From: Arenicellales bacterium
GTDB lineage: Bacteria > Pseudomonadota > Gammaproteobacteria > Arenicellales > JAJDZL01
Direction: 5' to 3'
Assembly (NCBI GenBank): GCA_965220725.1
Contig: OZ244840.1
Span: 1,152,548 to 1,216,547 of the forward strand
Length of the DNA stretch: 64,000 nt
Part shown: positions 39,217-51,200 of the stretch, piece after piece
Layout of the letters: every line of letters begins with the position of its first letter
How positions within the stretch are numbered: position 1 is the first letter of the stretch
Made by a program: the position numbers and the translations under genes
Notes under the pieces: model-generated
Database searches by the model: none
Seen by the model: only the letters and a program-made list of their open reading frames with translations
Told to the model about the DNA's origin: nothing

Positions 39217-42200
39217 ATGGACAATTCGAATATCAGACGCCGAATCCGCAACAGCAATCAAACCAATCACCCTGAAACCAACTCTAGCGCATTTTCGGAG
39301 TTGTTGCAAAAAATCAGCGGTAATATTCCTGATCCTCACACCTACAACATGGCAGTTCATCTCAGCTCATTGGACCGGGTGTTGCCCGACGATGTCGGTC
39401 ACGGCCTGCCGGTGGTTGTGGACATGGATGGCGATGGCATCGAGCTGGCCGGTCTGGATGAGAGTCTCACCACCTTTGACTTTGACGATGACGGTTATCT
39501 GGAGCGTACTGCGTGGACGACGGGTGATGACGCCCTGCTGGTGTTCGATGTCGGCGGCGACGGTGAGGTGACGCAGGCAAAGGAAATCGCGTTCGCGCAG
39601 TGGACCGATGCGGATGACACCGATCTTGAGGCGCTGGCTGCGCAGTTCGACAGCAACAGCGACGGCGTGCTGGATGACAACGACACGCAATGGAACGGAT
39701 TCCGGCTGTGGCAGGATCTTGACCGCGACGGTGCGGTGGATGCCGGTGAGATGGTGACGCTTGACGCGGCGGGGATTGAGTCGATCGGCCTGAACGTGCG
39801 CGCGGGCAGCGGCCAGGTGATGTCAGATGGTACGGTGATACACGGCCTGGTGGATGTGCATCACACGGACGGCACGGTCACGGACGGAGCGGACGCGTCG
39901 CTTGCCTACGACACGGCGGGTTACCGTTCTTATGAGGATGATGACGGCAACATCGTCCATGAGTTCGAGGACGCTGATGTGCAGACGATCCGCAGGCTCG
40001 GTGAGACCGAAGTGGATTTCGACTTGGGGGGTGATACGGGCAACTGGGCCGGCGCACAGGGCAATGCCCTGGCCAACCATCTTGATGGTTCCGGTCGGAC
40101 CGGGACGGTGGTGCTGAGCGGCGGTGGTGGCGATGACACGCTGAGCGGCGGTTCGGGCGATGATTATCTGATCGGCGGCGAGGGCGCCGACCGTCTCGAG
40201 GGTGGCGACGGCAGTGATGTCCTCTATGTGGACGCGGCTGACCTGGGTGTTGCCGATGGAGTCGACGCTGGCGGCGGCTATGACCTGCTGATCATGACCG
40301 ACAGCACAGCCCTCGATCTGGATGTGGATGATCTGGATGTCGAGGCGGTGCTTGCATCGGCTGGCGATGATGTGATCAGTGGCTCGCGGGATGATGTGGG
40401 CTATTTTCTTTTCGGTGGTGCGGGTAATGACACGCTGACGGGCGGCGGCGGCAACGACAGTCTGCACGGAGGCGATGGTGTTGACACACTGGCCGGCGGT
40501 GACGGCGATGACCTGCTGATTGGCGGCGCTGGAAACGACGTTCTTCAGGGCGGTGCCGGCAATGACACTTACGTGTATGTCCGGGGCGACGGGCAGGACC
40601 GGATCCTGGATGATGCGGCAGATGGTGACGGTGGTAGCGACACACTGCAGTTCGGTGGCGGCATCACGCTGTCTGACATCGTGCTCAGTCACAGTATTAC
40701 AAATGATCCTTCCTCCATCGAGGACATGGTGGTTTATCTTCGCGATGCGGATAATCCGGATGCATTGGGTGAGAAGGTCATCACGATAGTCGGCGGCTGG
40801 GGCTGGAGTGGTTCGGGCAACCGGATTGAGTCTCTGGCATTTGCCGATGGCAGCTGGCTGGATATCAGCACCTTGAAGTTCGGTCTGCGCGTGACAGATG
40901 GCAGCAATTCGTTGCTCGGTACGGGGGACGGAGATTTCATTTCAGGCAGCGGTGGAGCCGACACCCTGAACGGAGGTGGCGGCGATGATGTGATCCTCGG
41001 CGGTGAGGGTGATGATCTTTTGATCAGCGGCGGTGCCGGCAATGACCGGCTGTACGGTGAAGGCGGCAACGACACAATTCAAGGCGGACAGGGAAATGAC
41101 ATCCTGATTGGCGGCAAAGACAACGATACGCTTGCCGGCGGTGCCGAAGGCGATACCTACGTATTCAACCGTGGCGACGGACAGGATACCATTGAGGAAA
41201 ACGCGGGTCAGGGCGGAGGTACCGATACGCTTCAGTTTGGTGCTGGGATTTCATTGTCTGACATCGTGCTCAGCCACTCGGAACCCGGCCTGGTGATCAC
41301 GCTGCGTGATGCGGATGATGAGGATGCATTGAGTGCAGATGCCATCACAGTCTCCGAGTGGTCGGACTCGGACAGCCGCATTGAAATCCTTTCCTTTGCC
41401 GATGGCAGCCGGTTGGATATCAGCGGTCTGAAGAGCGTGTGGCATGGAACAGATCTTGCCAATACGCCAAGCGCTACTGAAGAGGGCGACTTTCTTTCAG
41501 GTGGCGGTGGTGACGACACCCTGAACGGCCTTGGCGGCGATGACGTGCTCATCGGCGGTTCCGGTGATGATGATCTTCACGGCGGCAGCGGCAATGACAC
41601 CCTGGTGGGTGACAGCGGTGATGATGATCTTCTGGGTGGGGCCGGCGATGACACCTACGTTTATGTCTGGGGTGACGGACAGGATACGATTGTGGATCAT
41701 GCGCCAGGGGGCGGCGGCACCGACACACTGCGCTTCGGTACCGGAATCACCCTGTCAGACATCGTGCTCGGTCAGGGATTCTCCCTGCGCAACGGTGCCT
41801 TCCTGGTGGACATGACGATTCATCTTCGGGGTCTGGATGATGCGGACACCCTGGAAAAGGCTGTGACGATTGCTGGGGGCTGGGGCCGGTTCGCGACGGG
41901 CTACCGGATTGAGACACTGGCCTTTGCTGATGGCTCCACGCTTGACATCAGCGCGCTCAATCGCGCAATGCATGGACTGGAAGGAGTCAACACCCTGGAA
42001 GGTGAGTCCGGGAATGACTTTCTTTCCGGTGGTGGCGGCAACGACACTCTGGACGGTGGTGGTGGCGATGACGTGCTGCTTGGCGGTGGCGGCGATGACA
42101 CCTACCGGTATGCCCGGGGTGACGGACAGGACATGATCGTGGACCGGGCGCCGCGGGGCGATCGGAACGGCGGTATCGACACACTTGAGTTCGGTACCGA

Positions 42201-45200
42201 TATCGCACTGTCCGACATCGTGCTCAGCCGCTCGGGTGATGACCTGGTGATCAGCCTGCGTGACCGGACTGACCCGGATGCATTGAGTGGGGATTCCATC
42301 ACGGTCAGCGGCTGGTCGGACCTGGGGAACCGGATTGAGTCTCTTGTCCTTGACGATGGCGGCATACTGGATATCAGCGGTGTGGACAACGGGTTGCACA
42401 GTTTGGGTGGAGGCGATGATCTAACCGGCTCGGACGGGAATGATTTCCTGTCAGGCGGTGGCGGCAACGACACTCTCGAAGGTGGTGCGGGTGATGACTT
42501 TCTAGTCGGCGGTACCGGCAATGATGTTCTCACCGGTGGTGGCGGTGATGATGTCTACCTCTTCAATCGCGGCGATGGACATGACACGATTGCCGAGCAG
42601 CCGGCAGGAGATGCCGGTACCGATACGCTACGCTTCGGTGCCGGGATCGCGGTGTCCGACATCGTGCTTGCCCGTTCGGGGGATGACATGGTGATCTCCC
42701 TGCGAGACGCGACTGATTCGACCAAGTTGAGCGGGGATTCAATCACGGTTACTGACTGGTTGGACGCAAACAACCGGATCAGCTATCTTTCCTTCGCCGA
42801 TGGCACCAGACTCGACGTCGGCGGCATCCTGAGGGGACTCCATGGTCTGGCGGGTGACGACACGGTGTCCGGCCCGGCCGGCTCAACCGACGGGTATTTT
42901 TTGTCCGGCGGTGAGGGTGACGACACCCTAACCGGACAGGGTGGTGATGACCTGATCATCAGCGGTGAGGACAATGACACCCTGGCGGGCGGTGAGGGTG
43001 CGGATGTGCTGTATGGCGGAGCCGGCAATGACAGCTATGAGTTTGCCCGTGGCGACGGACAGGACATGATCGTTGACCGGGCGGAACAGGAAGACATAGA
43101 GGGTGGAGCCGATGAGGTGAGGTTCAAAACCGGGATTGCGGTGTCCGACATCGTGCTCGGCCGCTCGGGCGATGACCTGGTGATCACCCTGCGCGACGGG
43201 ACTGATGCGGGTGCGCTGAGTGCGGATGCCGTCACGGTCTCCGGCTGGTCGGATGCGGACAACAGGATTGAGACGCTTTTCTTTGCCGACAACAGGCGAC
43301 TGGACATCAGCGGTGTGGAGTACGGCCGGCACGGACTGGATGGCGACGATCAGGTGACCGGCTCGGCTGGGAACGATTTTCTCTCAGGCGGCGACGGCGA
43401 TGACATCCTGCGAGGCGGTGCGGGCGATGATGTCCTCGTCGGTGGTCTGGGCGATGACGTCTACATCTTCAACCGCGGCGACGGACGGGACACGGTTGCG
43501 GCGCAGTCGGCACAGGATACCGGCACCGATACCCTGCGCTTCGGAGCCGGGATTGCGGTGTCCGACATCGTGCTCGCCCGCTCGGGCGATGACCTGGTGA
43601 TCTCCGTGCGCGACGCGCAGGATGCGGACGCACTGAGCGGGGATTCGGTCACGGTCATCGGCTGGTCGGACGCGGCGAACCGGATCGGATATCTCGCCTT
43701 TGACGATGGCACCAGAATTGATATCAGCAACATATCGAAAGCCCAGCATGGATTGGCGGATGACAACACACTGACGGGCACCACCGAGGTTGAATTTCTT
43801 TCCGGCGGTGCTGGAAATGACACGCTGGAAGGCGATGGCGGCGGTGATGTGATCATCGGCGGTGCCGGTGATGACACCCTGGATGGCGGCGGCGGTGATG
43901 ACGACCTGCACGGCGGTGCCGGTGATGACACCTACGTCTATGCCCGGGGCAGTGGACACGACAGGATTCTGGATCATGCGGTACAGGGTGATGGCGGCAC
44001 CGATATGATTAAGTTCGGCACCGGCATTGCCCTGTCTGACATCGTACTCGCGCACAGTCCATCAACCAGTATCCACAGTTCCGGTTACGAAGACATGACG
44101 ATCCACCTGCGCGATGCGAACAGTGCGGATACGGTGGACGCCAAGTCCATCACGATTGTTGGCGGCTGGAGCGGTTCGGGTAACCGGATCGAGGTTCTCG
44201 CCTTTGCCGATGGCACCCGGGTGGACATCAGCAACCTGAGATATGGCTGGCACGGAACAGGTGGTGTCGATGTCAGAGACGGTATCGACGATGGGGGTGA
44301 TTTTCTCTCAGGCGGTGGCGGCGTCGACACCCTCAACGGTCTTGGCGGCGATGACCTGATCCTCGGCGGTGCGGGTGATGATGTGATCGGCGGCGGTGCC
44401 GGCGGTGACCGTCTGTACGGCGAGGGCGGTGCCGACGATCTTGCCGGCGGACTGGGGGCTGATTATCTATATGGTGGCGATGGCAAGGACAGACTTGCCG
44501 GCGGCGGCGGTGACGACCTGCTCACCGGTGGCGGTGGTGACGATGACCTTCGCGGCGGTGAGGGTGATGACACCTATATCCATGCCCGGGGCGATGGACA
44601 CGACACAATTGAGGACCATACGGCACACGCTGACGGCGGCAGCGACACGCTCGAGTTCGGGACCGGCATAGACCTGTCTGACATTGTGCTAGTTCACGGC
44701 CAGGCGCAGGAGGACATGGTGATTCATCTGCGCGCAGCGGATGATCCGGACGTATTGAGCGCAAAGGCCATCACGATTGTCGGAGGCTGGGGCGGATTCG
44801 GTTCGGGCAACCGGATCGAGTATCTCGCCTTTGCCGATGGCAGCCGGCTGGACATCAGCCGCCTGGAGCGGGGCTGGCATGGAACAGGCGGTGTAGATGC
44901 GAAGGACGGCACCGCTCTGGGTGATTTTCTATCAGGCGGTGGCGGCAAAGACACTCTGGATGGAAAGGGCGGCGATGACGTGATCCTCGGCGGTGAAGGT
45001 GACGATACGATGATCAGCGGCGGTGCCGGCAATGATCGACTGTACGGCGAAAGCGGCAATGACAAACTGTTCGGTGGTGCCAGCGATGACATCCTGACCG
45101 GTGGCAGCGGCAACGATGAGCTCTACGGCGGTGGCGGTGATGACACCTACGTCTATTCGCGAGGCGACGGCCAGGACACGATCGAGGATCATGCGCCACA

Positions 45201-48200
45201 CGGCGGCGGTCAGGACGATGGCACCGACACGCTTGAGTTCGGTGTGGGGATCTCACTGTCGGACATCGTGCTCGGTCACGGCATCGCCATGGAGGACATG
45301 ACGGTGCGACTTCGCGGTGCGGATGATTTGGATGCGCTGAGTGACACAGTCATCACGATTGTCGGAGGCTGGGGGTTGACGGATTCGGCAAGGCGGATTG
45401 AGTATCTCGCCTTTGCCGATGGTACCAGGGTAGACATCAGTGGCCTGAAGCACGGCTGGCACGGAGATGGTGGAAACAATGTGAGCAACGGTGACGACGA
45501 TGAGGGTGATTTTCTATCAGGTGGTGGTGGAAACGACATCCTGAACGGCCGCGGAGGCAGGGACGTGATACTTGGCGGTGAGGGAAATGACACCCTGTCG
45601 GGCGGCTGGGGTGCGGATCTGTTGCTCGGCGGTGCCGGAAATGACACCCTGACGGGTGGCCAGGGTGCGGATCTACTGCTCGGCGATGCCGGAAGTGACA
45701 CCTACGTCTACAACCGTGGAGACGGACAGGACACGATTGTGGATCAGGCGGCACAGGCTGGCGGCACCGACAAACTGAAGTTCGGGACCGGGATTGCGCT
45801 GTCAGACATTGTGCTCAGCCACTCGGGCGATGACTTGGTGATCGCACTGCGTGACGGAACTGATGCGAATACATTGAGCGGGGATGCCATCACAGTCACC
45901 GGCTGGTCGGACACGACGAATCGGATAGAGACGCTTTCCTTTGACGGTGGCAGCGAGCTGGATGTCAGCGGCGTAGAGAACGGCTGGTATGGATTAGATG
46001 GTGACAATCTGCTTGAGGGCTCGGATGGGAATGACTTTCTGTCCGGCGGCGGTGGCGATGACACCCTGGACGGCGGTGCGGGTGATGACTATCTCATGGG
46101 CAGTGCCGGCGATGATGTATACATCTTCAACCGCGGCGACGGACAGGATGTAATTCTGGAGCATTCAGAACGGGATATCGGTACTGATACTCTCGAATTC
46201 GGTACTGAGATTGCGTTGTCTGACATTGTGCTCAGCCGCTCGGGCAATGACATGGTGATTGCCCTGCGCGATGAGGATGATGCGGATGCACTGAGCGGGG
46301 ATTCGGTCACGGTCATCGGCTGGTCGGACCCGGCGAACCGGATCGGCTATCTTTCCTTTGCCGATGGCAGCATATTGGATATCAGCGGCTTAGTGAACGG
46401 TTGGTTTGGACTGAGTGGTAGCGATACCCTGATCGGATCCGATGCACGTGATTTTTTCTCTGGCGGTGAGGGTGATGACACCTACGTTTACAACCGAGGC
46501 GACGGACAGGATACGATTGTAGATCAGGCGACACAGGATGCCGGGCTGGATGGAGGCATTGATGCACTCGAGTTCGGTGCTGGAATTGCTGTGTCCGATA
46601 TCGTAATCAGCCACTCGGGCGATGACATGATAATTACCCTGCGTGACGGAACTGATGCGGATGTGTTGAGCGGGGATTCCATAACGATCAAGGGCTGGAA
46701 GAACCCGGAGAACCGGATAGAGACGCTTTCATTTGACGATGGCAGTAAGCTGGACATCAGCGACGTGGAGAACGGCTGGCATGGATTGGGCGGTGACAAT
46801 CTGCTTGCGGGCTCGGATGGCAATGATTTTCTCTCCGGCGGCGGTGGCAGCGACACACTCGACGGTGGTGAGGGTGATGATTTTCTCATGGGTGGTCCAG
46901 GCGACGATTTCTACATTTTCAATCGCGGCGACGGAAAGGACACCATCTTGAAACATTCGGCACAGGATATTGGCACCGACACGATCGAGTTCGGTGCCGG
47001 GATTGCGTTGTCCGACATCGTGCTCAGTCGATCTGGGGAAGACATGGTGATCGCCCTGCGGGATGTGGATGATGCGGATGCTCTGAGTGAGGATTCTATC
47101 ACGATCAAGGGCTGGAAGGACTTGGAGAACCGGATCAGGTATCTTTTCTTTAACGATGGCAGCAGTTTGGATGTCAGCAGTTTGGTGAACGGTTGGTATG
47201 GACTGGGTGGTGACGATGAAATTGTCGGTTCGAATGAACGTGATTTTCTCTCTGGCGGTGAGGGTGATGACACCTACGTTTACAACCGAAGCGACGGACA
47301 GGACACGATTGTGGATCAGGCAACACAGGATACCGGGCTGGATGGAGGCATTGATACGCTGAAGTTCGGTGTCGGAATTGCGTTGTCCGACATCGTACTC
47401 GACCGCTCGGGCGATGACATGATTATCACGCTGCGGAATGATGTTGACGCGGATGCTTTGAGTGGGGATTCCATAACGATCAAGGGCTGGAAGAACCCGG
47501 AGAATCGGATAGAGACGCTTTCCTTTGATGATGGCAGTAATCTGGACATCAGCGACGTAGAAAACGGCTGGCATGGATTGGGTGGTGACAATCTGCTTGC
47601 GGGCTCGGATGGCAATGATTTTCTCTCCGGCGGTGGTGGCAGCGACACACTCGACGGTGGTGAGGGTGATGACTTTCTCATGGGTGGTCCAGGCGACGAT
47701 TTCTACATTTTCAATCGCGGCGACGGAAAGGACACCATCTTGAAACATTCGGCACAGGATATTGGCACCGACACGATCGAGTTCGGTGCCGGGATTACGC
47801 TGTCCGACATCGTGCTCAGCCGCTCGGGCGATGACATGGTAATTGCCCTGCGAGATGCGGATGATGCGGATGCACTGAGTGAGGATTCAATCACGATCAA
47901 GGGCTGGAAGGACTCGGGTAACCGGATCGGGTATCTTTCCTTTGACGATGGTGTCCGAATTGATGTTGGACATATTTTACTCGCTCAGCATGGACTGGAT
48001 GAAGATGATCTGCTTAATGGTTCGAGTGTGGGTGACTATCTATCGGGTGGTGGTGGTCACGACACACTGAATGGGGGTGCCGGCGACGATGTGCTAGTTG
48101 GCGGTGAAGGCAACGACACATACGTGTATTTTCGGGGCGACGGACAGGATGTTATTCTCGATCAAGCGGACGAATGGAAAGATACGCTGAAATTTGGTGA

Positions 48201-51200
48201 CGGAATATCGATATCTGATATCGTGCTCAGTCGTTCTGGGAATGACATGAAGATTATTTTACGTGAAAAGGATGATTCAGATGCATTGAGTGAAGATGTC
48301 ATCACGGTAATTGGCTGGTCCGAGTCAGAAAACCGGATTGAGTTTCTTTCCTTTGCCAGTGGTTATCAGTTACGTGTCAGCTATCTGTTGCACGGTCAGT
48401 ATGGACTGGGTGGTGGCAAGGAACTGAACGGGTCGGACGAAAACGACTTTCTTTCGGGCGGAAGTGGCAACGATACGCTTAACGGCGGTACCGGTAGCGA
48501 CTTTCTTTCGGGTGGAAGTGGCAACGATACGCTTAACGGTGGTACCGGTAGCGACGAAATTGTTGGCGGCGAAGGTGATGATACGATTGATGGAGGTGCC
48601 GGCAACGACTATTACACCTATTATCGAGGAGACGGACAGGACACGATTCTGGATCAGGCGGGTGAATTTGATTCACTGCGATTCGGTGCCGGAATTGAGT
48701 TGGTTGACATAGTGCTCAGTCGCTCTGGGAATGACATGGTAATTGCTCTGAGAGACGAGGATGATACGGATGCATTGAGTGGGGAGAGCATTACGGTATT
48801 CGGCTGGTCGCACTCAGCGAACCGAATTGAGGCACTAGTATTTGCTGACGGTACTCGCCTTGGTGTCGCCAACATTTCAAAAGGTCAGTATGGTTTTAGT
48901 GGCGTCGACACGCTGAACGGATCTGCTACAGATGACTTTCTTTCAGGTGGCGGCGGCAACGACACCCTTTACGGTAGTGGCGGCAACGATGTAGTGATGG
49001 GCGGTGAAGGTAATGATGAGATCTACGGTGGTGACGGCAACGATGAGTTGATTGGTAGTGAAGGTGATGATGAGATCTACGGTGGTGACGGTAATGACAG
49101 GCTTTTCGGCGGCAGTGGGAATGACTTACTGCACGGCGGTGCTGATTATGACATCTACTACTACTATCGAGGTGACGGTCAGGATACGATTGTGGAACAG
49201 GCGGGCAACGATAAACTTATGTTTGGTACCGGGATTACGTTAAACGACATCGTACTCAGCAGATCTGGACTTGACATGGTGATTGCTCTGCGAAGTGAGG
49301 ATGATGCGGATGTATTAAGTGGGGATACAATCACAGTTACAGGCTGGTCGAACTCTAACCACCGGATTGGTATCCTTGATTTTGAATCCTACGAACATCC
49401 ATTTCAAAATATTAGGTCGCTCACCTCCCAAATTAAACATCGTTTATATGTTCGCGAGAATTTTCAAATTAGCCAAATAACAGAAGGTCAGTATGGTTTG
49501 GGCGGTGACGACACTCTGAACGGTTCGGGTGAGGGCGATTTTCTTTCGGGCGGAGGTGGTATAGACACTCTGAACGGTGGCGGCGGTGACGATATGGTTT
49601 TCGGCGGTGGTGGTGATGATATTCTGAATGGCGGCGCTGGTGGCGATTTGATATTGGGCGGTGAAGGTATTGATACGGTCTACGGTGGAGAAGGAAATGA
49701 CCGTCTGGCCGGAGACGGTGGGAATGACAGGCTATACGGCGGTGCTGGAAACGACGAGATTATCGGCGGAGAGGGTAACGATACAGTCTACGGTGGAGAA
49801 GGAAATGACCGTATGACTGGAGGCGATGGGAACGATTACCTGAACGGCGGTGACGGACACGACGGGATACATGGCGGAGAAGGAAATGACCGTCTAATCG
49901 GAGGTGGCGGGAACGACTACCTGCACGGACATTCCGGTAATGACATCCTAGATGGCGGCGACGGCAACGATACACTTTTCGGAGGTGGCGGTGGCGGTAA
50001 TGACCGAATTGACGGGGGTGCGGGTGATGACAAACTTTACGGAAGTGGCACCTTAAACGGTGGTTCTGGCGACGATTATTTGTCGGGTGGCGGCCGTCTC
50101 AATGGCGGACCGGGTGATGATGTCATTAGTAGTGGTTCCGGCAACGATATATACATCTTCAACCGCGGCGACGGGCACGATACACTCTGGGACAGCGGCA
50201 GTGAGACTGTCGGTACAAATCTCACTGAACCGGAAGGAGACAAGTTACTTTTCGGTGCTGACATTAAGATCGAGGATTTGATCTTGCAACGCGTCGGTGA
50301 TGATCTGATGATCTATCTGTGCGATCGGAATGATCCAAACAAGATGCTGAATCAGCTCGATGACAGTATCCGTGTCGTCAATTGGGTGAATTCCAATTAC
50401 CGCATCGAGAATTTGCAGTTTCTCGATGAGAAGGTCTTTTCTATTGCAGATGTCGTCAACACTCGGTTGGGACAGGACGTTCTGGGTGAAGATTCTGCTA
50501 CTCCAGTCGATGATCTCCTGATCGGTTCGGCCTTCGGCGACTGGCTGGATGGTCAGGGTGGAGTCGATCATCTCTACGGTGGCGGGGAACGTGATTTTCT
50601 GTTCGGACGTTCGGGCAACGATCGGCTTTACGGTGAGGGTGGTGATGACTATCTGTCTGGTGGCCTGGGCAATGACGAGCTCTTCGGCGGCAGCGGTAAT
50701 GATGAGCTGACCGGCGGAGGCGGTGCCGATCAGTTCGATGGCGGCGATGGTGATGACGTGATTGTCGGCGACGCAGGCAATGACACTTATACTGCTAGTG
50801 CTGGTGAAGACATCTACCAATTCGGCTACGGTGACGGTAATGACACTTATAAAGGTTCGGCATCGACTGGAATCAAGGGCACAGATACTTTTGTGATGGA
50901 GGACGATGTCGCGAAAGAGGCGCTGTGGTTCGAACGCAATGGCGATGATCTGGTGATGCGGCTTCTGAGTACAGAGGACAGCGTGACATTCGAGAACTGG
51001 TACAACGGTACGCAGTTGAACAGCCACATCAAGGCGTTTCAGGTGGGTGATGAAGTTCTGAATTTTAACGCTGTTGACAGTTTGATATCAGCAATGGCGG
51101 CGTTTGTTCCAAATGATGGAGTCACAGACGTTGGTGTGACAGCGGATGATTTGCCTGAGAGCGTGCAGCTTGCGGTGAATTCTGCGTGGCAGACTGGATA

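Noticed and set aside
39367-51032. Many long minus-strand and alternative-frame ORFs inside the giant gene (for example 39823-40692 at 289 aa, 46729-47748 at 339 aa, 50245-51027 at 260 aa).
   Set aside because: They are shadows of the GGY-GAY-GAC-rich repeat DNA, which is almost free of stop codons in several frames. Their translations are low-complexity (P/S/R/H-rich) with no motifs, and they fully overlap a coherent 3994-aa frame.
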